A stretch of DNA of 64,000 bases from Haliotis rufescens (taxonomy: Eukaryota), in assembly GCF_023055435.1 (NCBI RefSeq), contig NW_025963835.1, forward strand, positions 22,196,001 to 22,260,000. Direction: 5' to 3'. The translations under genes were made by a program, and so were the position numbers. Below are positions 1 to 13,125 of this stretch, in pieces. Position 1 is the stretch's first letter. Each line of letters begins with the position of its first letter. The notes under the pieces are model-generated. The model saw only the letters and a program-made list of their open reading frames with translations. It was not told the origin of the DNA and did not search any database.

Positions 1-243
1 TTTCATTTAAGGTATTGAAAACATTAATAATCATGCTTTCATTAAACTGTACCACCTTAACACGAAAGAAGTTAGCATGAAATCCATCTCTATCATGAAC
101 CATCACAATTATTTTCTCTGTACTAATTGATATAATTGGATTGCGTGTTTTCATATAGATAGGGGGCATAATGTAAGAGGACTGTCATACAAATTAATAT
201 TGCAACATTCATTATCGAGTTGTGTGTGCTTTTCGCAGGAACA

Positions 244-3200
244 ATGTCTGACTCTCTCTCATCGTCACATGTCCAAAGTTATCTCACAGAGTGTCCAGTA
301 TGTTCTGAACAATTTGATGATGCCGCGCGCCTTCCCCGCCGTATGTCGTGTTGTGTACAGTGTATCTGTCAGCCATGTTTACAGCAGATCTACAATGAAG
401 AAGACAAGACGTTGCTCTGCCCTGTCAGTCACCACAAGCACGAACTTCATAATGGAGTTACCTCTCTTCCGACTGAGCCTATCACATCGAAGATACTAGA
501 CTACCAGAAAATCCAAAGAAATGAGCGGGTGGTATGTACAGATTGCCCAAGCAGCAACGAGGCAATAGCACGTTGTGAAGAATGCTGTGTATTTTTATGC
601 AAGGAATGCAGGATAACCCATGATCAACACAGATTGTCACGACATCACAGAACTCATACATTTGAGGAGATTAAAGGTCAGCCGATCCAGGCCTTGAGAC
701 GACTGCACGAATGCGGCCATCACCCACAGCGTCAGGAATACTTCTGCAATACCTGCGAGAAGATCATATGTGTTTCCTGCACTGTAGAGGAGCATCGAGA
801 AGGAGCGGGACACATGTTTGTACCTGTGGATAAAGCACACCAAGAAAAATCAATACATGTTGATAACATGTTAAATCAACTTGACGAAAAGGCTGTAGAA
901 CTGAGTCAAACAGAACAAGAATTGTTACACAAAGTCGACAACATGCACGTGTCAGCACTTGCAGCGAGACAGGACATCAACAAATGCTTTGAGAAGATGT
1001 TAGAGGAGTTGCAACAAAGGAAAGCAACTCTTTTGTCAGACGTTGAGGAGAGAACCGGCGCTGATGTAAAGCTGACCGAAGAGATCCTCCAGTCAACCAG
1101 AGAGCTGCTGGCGAAGGTGAGATCCTCAACAGAGTACATTAGACAGATGAGAAGCATGGCAGATAACATCGAGGATCTTCATCTGATGCTTTCCTCTACA
1201 CCCTCACTGAATGGCATACTAGCTGAGGAGCCAAAGAAAGTGGAATTTGTAAGCAGGGGAACATCCTTTGTCCCAGCCAATCTGAATAATCTCGCGTCCA
1301 CTATCAAGGTGACAGGCATGGTCAGGTCTGTCACATACACGCCAACCCAGAGGCCAAAATATGTACCACAGAAGACGATATATAACACCATCACACTGGA
1401 GCCAGCTGAGGTACCTGCAGGTCGGTTTCTGAAATAGTTCAAATATTTCAATACCTTTGTGACCCTATCTTAAACTGGTTGTTCGATTCTGTTGTTTTAA
1501 GCTTGTTTATTTAATTTGCTGTTATTGCTTTTATGTATATTCCAGCAAAATCATAGCAATATGTACATAACCGACTGAAAATGGTTGGCCTTTTAGCGAT
1601 ATCTCATGCAGTTTTAATGTCCTCTCCCAGCAATCATTGATTACTTGGGACGAATTCTTGTCCCTCAATTCACACTAGAGAACGTCATATATGACCATGG
1701 AATTAACTGAACATATGCCATATGTATCCCAATGTCGCAAGTAGTAAGCAGTTCACACACTACGATCACCCGGACCCAAGAAAGTCACTAAACCGTACCT
1801 CATTGATCCAATCTAGTCACCGAAGTGGTAAACGTCTGAGACCTGCATCACTTCGGGCTTTCCTCCCACATTAAGCTGTCACGCCGTGATATAACTGGAA
1901 TATTGTTAAAAGTGGCGTTAAACCCAACTCACTCACTCCCTCACTCCAATCTAGTCACCTCTTACGAAAGGAAATTGAGAGCTGGGGGGCCAGTTCTATG
2001 CTGGATCCTTATTAGATATGTATTGTTTAATAGTGGTAAACACCGTGTAACTTTTTTTAGTCTAGTAAGGCTTCAGTAATATGATTTGATATGACAAACG
2101 GTAGGCTTGGCATTCATTTTATTCACTCAATCAGTATCTTATTTCAGTGTGTGATGGTGACATGGTTCTATCGAAGGTAGACACAATGGTTACAACATGT
2201 AAGTTTAAATATGTTTCTATTCATAACAACGTTTTTATTTCAAATACGAACAGATCATATACACATACCATATGTATAAAAAACAAGTTTGTAATATTAA
2301 AGGTACTCCTTGTCACGTCTTAGAAAACCACTATTGTCGAATAACTTCAACTTCAGCTATGACGTCGTTTCTAGAGTGACGTCATTCCGGCCCTATGTCA
2401 CAATCGAATGACGTAAACAATACTAGTGTGATGTGCACTTGAAAGAAGAGACCAAACTGGGAAAGAAATACATTGCTTCTTACTAAGTAATTAAACCTCA
2501 TCATGAAAATAAAGTCCCCCTCCTGAGCTAATCAAGTATTAAAAAGAAAAAAACCACAACTGCTAGTATAGCAATTTGTCTCCATTTAACATCCCACCTA
2601 TTGGGTGCACCTTAGCTTCAGACAATCAGTTACTGTTACAAACATCTTTCTTTAAACTGTCACATCCACTTTGAACAGTGGTTACCGTCAGATAATTATG
2701 GAATAATGTGAGGGACATTCTCGCGATCTCGACCTTTGGAAACGAGGTAAATATGCCCAAAACACGAGGATGCGAGATTTGTCCAATCTACCGAACCTTT
2801 GACAGTTGCAATTTCTCTGATCTACCGTGAGTAACATAGATATTAAGATTACATACTTTGATCTATTTTCAACAGTGGATTCAAAATGTATCCACATTTG
2901 CCATGGACGACCGTGATTTCTGAATATTAGCCATATGTTTCCTACTCCTTTCAAAAGGTACACATCTGGAGTGGGACTCAACCGTTGCTAATCGTGACGT
3001 GACTGTAGAAGGGACTACGATCTCTAATGCCAGGCCGGATGTCTCGCCAAATGACACAGGCTGTAGGATACAATCCCAGAGATGTGTCATGGCATCGAAA
3101 CCTCTGATCATGAAGACTCGTCGCATTGACATGTTCCAGGTGAAGTCTCGATTCAGCCTACGACAGAAGGCAGAAAGGAATACGATGCTATTTGAAACAG

Positions 3201-3580
3201 CTCTTACCCCTTCACCATTAGATTCCGATTGGAATCAGTTGTTGGGGTTCAGTGTAAGTATTGTTGCATGTCCTAATCACAAAACGAAGCTGTGTGTCTG
3301 GGTGAGGTATGGGAAACTTGTCACTGACCTGCCACTCTTCAAGAATGAAGTTGGCATGTCCTGTGAGTTGCACTGGAATTTTCTTCTTGATGGCAACACA
3401 CAGAAAATACATGTCATTAATGTTGGGGATGGGAACACGTTCAGCACTGTGTCGAATGTTCTACTCAACACGCCACTGTGGGTCTTGATGTACGTTTCTC
3501 TACCATCTACATCAGAGATGACAGGGGAACTAATATCAGGCCACAACATTGACAAGAAGGGTCACATGTTTGAACTGTGA
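244..3580 (+). CDS. TRIM-family (RBCC) protein, putative E3 ligase; coding exons 244-1420, 2148-2198, 2958-3580 (about 616 aa)
   Basis: RING-like CPVC...CCVQCICQPC...CPVS, B-box1 CTDC...CEECCVFLCKEC...H...HH, B-box2 CGHH...CNTCEKIICVSC...H...H, then coiled coil. Acceptor ttttcgcag ends at 238, ATG at 244. Phase-1 GT-AG junctions (1421 gtcggt, 2147 ttcag, 2199 gtaagt, 2957 aaag) join in frame to ORF 2999-3580. Confidence 0.88.
1816..1946 (+). mobile_element. 3' fragment of SINE family 2
   Basis: Near-identical to 4200-4329. Confidence 0.85.
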
Positions 3581-4043
3581 GTCAGTTAATATTTATCGTG
3601 GCAATACCTTCACGGTATAGCGACGGATTATACGCAGTATATCAAGTCTCATACTGTAACATCTTAAATTGAAATTATTTTATCAGAAAAATTTGATGTT
3701 GTGTATAACATATGTTTATATTTATACAAAGTCCAAAACTAAGAGAAACTTATATAGATTACTTCATTGGCATGCGTAGTTCATGCAACCAAACATTGTC
3801 TGTATTATGGGCCTATGGCCTTTCTACTGAATATACAGTCTGTCTCTGTCTGTAAAGCCAAAATATTTAGACAAAAATATGAAATGTCTCTCAACAACTT
3901 ACTATAATACATGTAGGTCTATGTAAAGTCTAAATTACTAACACATGTTCTAATTATTTGTATACTGTACAAATGATGTACTATCTGAATGAGACATGTG
4001 AACCATTTGTATAAGGAATTTCGGCACCCTCTAACTAACCAGC

Positions 4044-4329
4044 GGGGCCACGGGTGGCCCAGTCGTCTGAGGCGCCGCGATTCGCTGTGCAGAGCTGCGT
4101 CCCTTGGGCACGCCAGAAACCTATGAGTGTGGGTTCGAATCCCGGTTCACCCCGATTATGTTTCTAGGTTTGTCAGCACCATACCCGTGCTCGTGGGTTC
4201 ACCGAAGTGGTAAACGTCTGAGACCTGCATCACTTCGGGCTTTCCTCCCACATTAAGCTGACACGCCGTGATATAACTGGAATACTGTTAAAAGCGGCGT
4301 TAAACCAAATTCACTCGCTCACTCACTCA
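4044..4329 (+). mobile_element. tRNA-derived SINE (family 2), full length, 13-bp TSD
   Basis: A box TGGCCCAGTCG, B box GGTTCGAATCC, (CTCA)n tail, TSD ctaactaaccagc at 4031-4043 and 4330-4342. Confidence 0.9.
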
Positions 4330-5320
4330 CTAACTAACCAGCAGCTGTTCGTCATCCATTCAGCAGCAAAACGGAATGGTGTCGCAAAAAGATGTATACT
4401 GTAATGAAGAAATAAATGGTCTTTGGTGTGGAAAGTGATCAGCCATTATCCTTAACTACCTCTACTGTGTAACTCTGTTTCTAATTGTATTGCTTTCAGA
4501 CATCTATATTTTGCAAAATGGTACCAATATATAAATTGCATTGGTGTTTTGTTAGTGTACCATATGCCATGATGTGATTTGTGTTGGAGACTTATGTTTG
4601 CTCTTCTGTCAGCAGCTGTACAATGAACACCAGTTGTTTAACCATACTTATCCAGTGGAGGATTTGATCATGATCGAGTTCAAATTATCTCAACAAATAA
4701 CCCATACTATTGTGCACCCACTGGAATCTGTTTTGTTGGATAATCGAGACTGGTTATTAGAGGATATATGTATCTATTTACTTTTCAACATGGATGAGGA
4801 TGTGCGAATTTCATAGCTTTGATTCCATGATAGTTTTGAATGATTATTGTATTTTAGTAATTAATATATTGTTCTTGAATATGTATGCATGTTCTATAGC
4901 AGCACCCATGATGTTATTCTGTTCTTCGCGGGTGGTTGGAGCATATAATGCACAAACCTCTCACTTTTGTACGTGATTCGTTATGTTTTGAAATATGAAT
5001 ACATCTATAAAGTTCCAAGGCTGTTAAAACTGTATGAAAAGAGGTGACGGAAATACACTATCTGTGCAATATTGAATTTGTTGCTGAAATGTTCTGTGAA
5101 CCTCCTTTTATACAAGTAGCAGTATTTAAACCAACTGAATCCATGGTTTAATTTAGCTTTTAAAAGAAACCACAGGCTGGAACATATCGCAGAGGGATTC
5201 CGTGACTGACTGTTCTGTCATCTCGTTCAAACTCCTTGCGTGACAAATATATACAAGTCATCCTATTTCACGTACGCTTGGTGGAGAATGCATATTTCTT
5301 AGATATAATTAATTATCTTA

Positions 5321-5556
5321 TGTTTGTTTGTTGTTTAACGCCGCACTCAGCAATGTTCCAGCTATATTATGGAGGTCTGTAAATAATCGTGTCTAGACCA
5401 GACGATCCAGTGACTGACATCATGAGCATCGATAAACGCAATTGGGAAACGAAGACATGAATCAACCACGTCACCGAGTCATACTACCCGATCCCGCTAG
5501 TCACCTCTTACGACAAGCATGGGTTGCTGAAGATCAGTTCTAACCCGGACCTTGGT
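5321..5556 (-). mobile_element. SINE-like family 3
   Basis: Similarity to 30970-31228. Confidence 0.8.
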
Positions 5557-7483
5557 CATCACAAGGTGTACACTAACACTACCTGTAAACTTATCAGCGA
5601 TGGACAGTATAATTACCAAAGTTATCACAGAGGTATTAACAATAGTATCATTGTGTTTAAATGTAATGAATACTTACCTCAGAGAAAAACTCGACGTCTT
5701 GTTGCGGAGGTCTTCATTCACATTGTTTGTATGCTCTCTGTATCAAATGATTTGACATCCTTTGATACCGAGTTTGAGTTCATTTTGTTTTGTTGCTGAA
5801 ATAACCCACAAAACAGGCACATGCTAGTTCTGTACCATTGTGGTGTTACTCACGAGGGTGTTATTATTTGCGCTACGTAGTAACTTTGGTCTGCTCCCTG
5901 GAGTGTAAAAGTTGTCAGTGCTGTGCAAAATAGTATGTAGCAGTAAACGTTATAGTTATTATTTGAATGTACAGTATAAAAGCGGGCTAGAGATCACCTG
6001 CAACCAATGTTAGGCCACCATACTAGGGATCAAGAGTTACAGTACCATCAGGATTTACACCATTCCTTTAGGTACTGGCTATTGTTACAAAGATAAGTCT
6101 AAAGTATAATAAAAAAAGTTAACTGCGTTTATCACTGTTCCCCGCCTAGGGGAACATTAAAATGATGTTTCGTCATATATAGTGAATATAAACTATATAC
6201 AAAGAACAGAATAAAGCCTTAATACAGTCTTGATAATTATCTCTTAGATAAGCTTGCAATGTAACATCAGTAGTTTCGTAGAAACATGTCCCTATTACAG
6301 ACACTTTATACTGTGTTGGAGGGCATAGAGCAAGGGCCATAACACTAAAAAATAATTTACGGCAACAATTTTCGAACTCAGTTTTGACAAGTATCACTCA
6401 GATGAGCATGCTAAATGTCGTTCATGTAACGTAGGTAGTTTCTGAGACAGGTAGTCAGTGGGGACGCGTTTTCTCAGAAACTGCTGATGAATGAAACTTT
6501 GTATGCTCACCTATGAGATACTTGTCAAGACTGTGTTCCATAATAGGCGCCGTAAATTATTTTTTTTATTATTACATTTTGTAAAGATTTTAAGCATACA
6601 TAGTTACAGCCCTTGATCGATGTTATTTTACAAGCGCATAATGTCTGTACATGGGTCACATTTTCTCTGGAGCTACTGACGCTAGCTGATCTAAGAGATA
6701 CTTATCAAAACTTAGTTCGAGAATTGGCGCCATAAATCATGTTTTTCAGAGAAGGGTCTTTTTGTGTATTTATTTCACATTTAATAAAAATATTTCTGAT
6801 GATATAAAGTGACCCCAGTGCCATCTCTTCTTAAGGCTTTATAGGACTCTTTTTTATAGTTTATATTCACTACTTTATGAACAAACAAAATTCTTATGTG
6901 CCCTAAGGCGGGGGATAATGGTAGTGCTGTTTTCTTGTTGGGTCTTAGTTCTTGAAATATTTGCATGCAATTGCGACATTTCTGTATGCGTTTTAAGTTG
7001 AGTTTGGGGTCTTCAACAGTTTTCTGGAATGTGCTGCATATGTCGCATCGCACCTGTGTCAGTGAGGACAGACACACAATGCCCAAGTGAAGGATATTTC
7101 CTTGACGATTGTTAGAGAGGTTGCTCTTGCATATATTTGACACGTTAAAATATATTAAATTCAACCAGGTTGTTTGTGTTATTTTCACATTAATTGTCAC
7201 CATTACTGTGTCGATTACACCAAATGGAGTCTGTTTTGGCAGATAATTATTCTCTGACGTCGACGTTTTTAATTTTCACAAAAACACATTTCTAATCGCG
7301 ACATTAAAATCCGATGTACCTCACATCCGCTGTGGATATATATTGGCGTGTTATGAAATGAAATGTGTTGTAATGACCGTTAAGCAACACACAGTAAGCA
7401 CGACTCGGGATTGGAAAGTTGATAGAATGCATAAGACATTCTCAAGAATGTACACTTGGTGTAAAAGGGGCTCTTACGAAGTA

Positions 7484-7641
7484 CAGTAAACTACTTTATA
7501 ACGAACTGACGGACATAACGAACTTATTATTAGTCCCGGTCATTTGTTGTATATATGCTGTATGTATGCTTATAACGAACTACGGTTATTACGAACTGTA
7601 CTTAGTGGTCCCCTCGAGTTCGTTATGACCGTAGTCTACTG
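7484..7641. mobile_element. Tc1/mariner(pogo)-type MITE
   Basis: TA TSD, TIR CAGTAAACTAC...GTAGTCTACTG, internal ATAACGAAC motifs. Confidence 0.82.
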
Positions 7642-8700
7642 TAATATGTCGTTTGATGGTTGCGGAGAGTTCTCTATAAGTGATACTCGGAACCTATATT
7701 ATGCTACAAGGCTTGTATTACAACAATGCGAGAGTCAGTAATTCTCTATTTATTGTGTCTATGCTCAATGTTCTTCGACAAAATTTGGTAGATATATCAA
7801 ACAGATCCTGAAGTGGTTATTTTTGTTTTTTTATATATTTTTGGCATTTTGATGATTTAAACCATATCTATTTCCAAGAAAAAGAAATCAGATCAGTGAA
7901 TAGGTTCAAGCTATTTACACACCTCTCCCTATAGAGGGCATTTAACAATAGCTGAGAGTAAACTGTACATAAAATAAAAAAATTCAATGAAATGTACCTA
8001 CTGTTGCGAATATTAGGATGCGAATATACAAGTAACACACAAATACACACATACACATTTGGCTACATAAACAAACAGCATGTCAGCATATCACACATAC
8101 TAACAACTATTAATTTTGATTGATGACATTTTTATGTTTCTCGATTCCCATGGAAACAATTTTTATTGAGTCTTATGAGGGGGTGTATTTTGTTTCCGGG
8201 GCACAACTCAAAAACATTTAACATCTTTCATCAAAACTCGGCACATATATCAAACAGATCCTGAAGTGGTGCCTTCTGCTATTTAGGAATTTTTCACAAA
8301 TTGATTTTTCCCTGTTTTATGGAAACAAGTTAGACTTAGGTCTTTGAAAGGCATTTAGAAGTGATACACATATTGCTTTGATCTTTGTCAGTGTTAATAA
8401 CCTAGCTGGCTTCAATTTGCCCCTTGCTATGTCCATTCTTTCACCTAGCAGTGCTAATTACTCCCGGTCTCCCGTTTGCCCAGTGTCCATAACCTATTAC
8501 TTATCTATGATAACTTATGTACTGGTATCCATACCATCAGCGCTAACTACTGTAAAGTGTTGGCTTCCATTGTCTAGTGCTAATCACCCATCAGCGCCAA
8601 TCATCTGTTGGCTTACCTTGTTAGTTTCTACTCTTTGTTATTTTCCACCTTTTGTTATGTTATTAATTTTGCTGTCCTCACATGTACATATATGTATGTA

Positions 8701-8705
<5 letters not shown>

Positions 8706-8777
<72 letters not shown>
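8706..8777. repeat. (TA)n microsatellite at the LINE 5' junction
   Basis: Direct reading. Confidence 0.97.
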
Positions 8778-8779
<2 letters not shown>

Positions 8780-10835
8780 TCTCGGAGCCCCACCCTCTTC
8801 AAAATAATGATAAACGATCTATTCGAGGGCCTATCTCCTAAAGTGAACACATCAGAATTCGCGGATGATGGAGCCATCTGGATCCGCACTAAAAGCATGA
8901 AAATGGCCCAGAATTTACTCCAAAAATCTCTTAATAAAATACATTAATGGGCTGACAAATGGGGCTTCTCCCTTAACTCAGAATAAAACAACAGGAATAG
9001 TATTCAAACATAAAAACATGAAACCCGCCTCCCCAATTCTCCAGCTAAACAATCAAACAATCAAATTTAAAAAACAAACCAAATTCTTCGGACTTATTTT
9101 CGATGAACATCTCACCTGGGATGCTCACATCCAAAACCTAACAACTAAATGCAGTAAAGACCTAAACACCCTAAGATGCCTAACTGGCTCTATCACTAAT
9201 TAGATCAAAACTAGACTACGGCTGCGCCATATACAACACCCTAAAAAACTCTCTATCTAAAAAACTGGACTCAATACAATATCAGGCTCTCTAACTAATT
9301 ACACGCACCCAACATGGCACCTCCTACACCTCACTTCAGGCCTTAACAGGAGAAATGCCACTAAGTCTACGCAGGGAACAGCTAAGCTTAAATTTCTGGG
9401 CCGCGTCCCAATCAAACCCTCTCATCCAAAACTTAATAAACCAAAACATCAGCCCCAAAAACCAAGCTCTAGCTCGTAAACACCCCTTACTTACCCCAAT
9501 ATCCCAAAGAATAACAAACTATCTAAATGAACACCAAATTAAAAATCTTAAACAAAACTGCAAACAATCAAATATCTTCACCCCTAAACTTAAAAAACCC
9601 AAAATAGACACAACACTAGCTAGCCAAAAAATTAACAAACCGACCCAACCATAGATAAAACCACCACACTAGCATACATACACGAAACTTGGCCAAATTG
9701 GTGTCACATTTACACGGACGGATCCTCAGATCCGAACTCCAAACACACAGGTTTCGGAGTCCATACCACACAACCAACTAAAACCACACAATCCTTCCGA
9801 CTCCCAAACAACCAATCAATATTCACGGCAGAACTGATGGGCATGGCCTCAGCCCTCCATAATCAAGAATCCAAAAACCACAAAAAAATCCTAATACTTA
9901 CCGACTCCTTAAGTGGACTGCAAGCCCTCCAAAACAAAAATACCAAAAACCGACCTAAATTAATAAATCAAATACTTAAAAGCTCCTACGACCTAACTAA
10001 GGCAAGCAAACAAATAACCTTCTTGTGGATACCCGCCCACGTAGGAATATACGGTTATGAAAACGCCGATAAAGCAGCTAAACTATCCCTCAAAATCCCA
10101 GAAATAAGCTTAAACTTACCCATCTCAAAAACAGAAATTAAAAGTGTAAACAAGCAAAAAATCACAAAAAATGGCATAACCTATATCTAAACTCAAATAG
10201 CCAAATCAAAAAAGTGCTCAGCAAACCACAAACCAAACCAAAAATTCTCCATCCTTCAAAAAAAATCGACAGAGTAATCACTTATCTCCAAACAGGACAC
10301 ACCAACCTAAATAACCAACTAAATAAGATAAAAACACACAACAGGTAACTCCCCTCACTGCAAACAACTAGAAACCCCAGAACACGCACTCATCCACTGC
10401 ACACACTACCTAACACATCGAACCGCATTACAAACCACCCTCAATCTAAACAAGGCTCACACTCTAGAAGCAATACTAAACCAACATAATAAACTAGAAA
10501 ACTTCAAGGCCTTAGGCGTATTCATAATTAAAACGGAACTAATAAAAAGCATCTAAAAACACAATAACCTACCAAATCAAAATCACATAAACAAACAAAC
10601 ATCCACCATACCCAGCTCCCTTAGTTCTCCTCCCCGACCCCATCGGCATCTATTCCAAATTTCAAAATTTCCAAATTCTATATAAGCAACCCCTAAAGCC
10701 CCCTCTTGGGTTACTCAGACCACTTTCGCCCCTTTCGGAAACACATTAAATGGCCTGGCCGGGCCCGTGTGCGAAATACGCATCAGTCGGAAAGCGCACG
10801 TTAAATCTCCAAAGCAAGTAAGTAAGTAAGTAAGT
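8778..10835 (+). mobile_element. 5'-truncated, decayed non-LTR retrotransposon of the I group (Nimb/Ingi/I-like): RT C-terminus, RNase H, CCHC knuckle, (AAGT)n tail
   Basis: SPTLF...FADD (RT), IRSKLDYG, YTDGS/AEL/TDS/WIPAHVGI.G.ENADKAAK (RNase H), HCKQLETPEHALIHC. Stops and frameshifts. Ends CACGTTAAA...(AAGT)5. Strong A+C strand skew. Confidence 0.9.
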
Positions 10836-10848
10836 CTTCGCATTCATT

Positions 10849-10888
10849 CACCTGATGAAGGAGTAAGCATGTACTCCGAAACGCTGTG
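10849..10888 (+). ncRNA. Penelope-type minimal hammerhead ribozyme motif
   Basis: CAC-CTGATGA-A-GGAGTA-agcatg-TACTCC-GAAAC-GCT-GTG, followed by AATAAA at 10897. Confidence 0.65.
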
Positions 10889-13125
10889 TTCCTCATAATA
10901 AAGAAGTTGACATCCATATATTATCTTCCTTAAGTTAGACTGCTGAAACGGAGGTAGGTGTCGTTTCCGGGGTAGAACTAAAACATTCTTCAACAGTTTG
11001 CATCCAAACTTGGTAATGTATTAATCAAGGACTGAAGTTATGTCTTTTCGTAGTTAGGAATTTAAAAGAAATTCCTGTTTCCATGGCAACAGGTTTGTTT
11101 TGAGTCTGCTCATAGTAGTGTGTTTGTCCGGACCATCTCTCTAAAACTAATTGGTATTCTTCTTGAAACTGTTCACACTCAAAGACCAGGTTGTCAACGG
11201 GTGTCATTTGCTATTCAGGGAATTTTAGAATTTCCATGGCAACACGTTTGAATTTGATTCTGTTCATAGTGATGTGCACCTAAGGTGGAAATACAAAGTT
11301 CCGAATACTAATTCTACGGTATTATTTTGATAGATCAATAACTGCTCTTGTATATGGACAGACAGATTATACAGAAATCTCTCATCAAGTTGGACATAAG
11401 GTAACAGTCAGATGATTTGTTCCTTTGTAGTTGCGGGGACCGGGGGGATTTGTCTTCTGACATGATAACTCTTGTGTTAATCACTTTTGAGATATACACA
11501 TTTGCTATGCCAATTTTTCGCGTACTGCTGGGTGTGTGTTGTCTATGATAATGTAATCATAAAATGCTTGCGAAGCTTTACAGGGTTTGAATAAATGGAG
11601 TGCTTCTTTACTAATTCACAGGTTGAATATCGTTATTGATTTTTTTACCATTTAACTTAATAATATCCTTCCGACTGAAGGGTATATAGTGTAGCATTTT
11701 GTTTTGATGAAATCATCCAAAATGATCTATTTGAAATTATAGTTCAAATGTTAATATACCATTCCCATCCCAAATATTTTTTTAATAAAGCATATGCCCT
11801 TGTCAAACCAGTATTTTTGTTATCATAACCTGTTTTGGTTGTGACATGGTTTAACACAGTTGCCTGACTGTTGAGGTTTCCGTCAGAAGGGATAAATATT
11901 TCACATAATCACCTCTAAAGGATCTTTAAGGGATCATTTGTTTTATACAAAACCTTTTTTGAAATCGGGTGAATAAATTGCTGTTATCTCGAAGGGGGTC
12001 AAGGTAGAATAAAAATATTGTTCCTCGGAGTGGATACTTAAGTTCCACACAATCAAAGTATATTTATGTCTTGCCACAATTTTAATAGTGGAATATTTGT
12101 TGATTTTATTTGTCGCCTAAACAAATCAGCTGTTCAATGGGTAATTGCTGTCGCCTAAACAACAATCGCCAGCAGCTGAAGAGATGTTGTAAATCCTGAT
12201 GGGGGTACCATGTAGGCAGGAGTAATAAATACGTCCACATGATCCCCAGTGGCAATCTTAGCCCCTTTTTATAATGCCTTTTCAAAGTGATGCCTTTTTT
12301 ATGGCCACATACAAGTTTTAAGTATAAATCTGCGTCCTTGTCGACAGATTTTAAAAAGTGTGGGTTATGTATTTTTAAATACTGCCGATCTATAATTCTA
12401 TAAACTCACTCACTCACAAATATGTAATTCTATTTGCCAAAGTATGTATTGTTTATCAAGGTTGACTGAAAAATTAACGCCACTCAATGTTGTCGTACAG
12501 TAGTCCAGGAAGGAGTTAAGTGCTACAGTGGTATCGATCAGCGTCGGTAACAGCTGACGACGACAGCATTGGAATTGATGCTGGTTATGTTGTCAAACTG
12601 AGGCATGACAAAGCCAGACTACAATATACAATGGGTAATACGTTGCTATTACTTTTAACGACTCTCCAGCAAATGTTCACTTGGTATAAATAAACTTGTA
12701 AGTAATCGATTTCTTCTAGGTCTCCTATTTTGAGCGATAGAATAGCCCTATATTTTTAGATTATGCATGGAAGAGTATCGTAGCAAGAATTAGGGAATTA
12801 GAAAACAGATGCATTACAACGATTGGTAAATTCAACAGATATTGTCAAAGTTTCCGTCCTGTGTGACGTCATGACTGACGCAAACTCACGTACAACTTCG
12901 ACGTTTTTTTATCGGCATTTCTGACTATTTCTCTTGGTTACAATGTACAACATAAACATATTAATAACAAAATGTTTCTGACTACTTACATGGCACATTT
13001 ATGTACAATCAACGAGAATCAACGAAAGTCCCCACGAAAATCCCGCATAATGATGTCAGTGGAAACACCATTTTGTGAAGGTGATCACGAGTTGTGATGT
13101 CATACGTCAACATATATTGTACATA

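Noticed and set aside
220-243. ORF-track start at 220 and stop at 1437 for the TRIM gene
   Set aside because: The upstream part is intronic (acceptor at 237-238) and the ORF end runs past the donor at 1421; the spliced model is preferred
6100-6800. Degenerate repeated and inverted modules (GAGATACTT.TCAA.ACT) suggesting an old Helentron-like element
   Set aside because: Boundaries and family could not be fixed by eye
8378-8947. 189-aa ORF with YIYIYI run
   Set aside because: Chance read-through of a (TA)n tract into the LINE RT fragment
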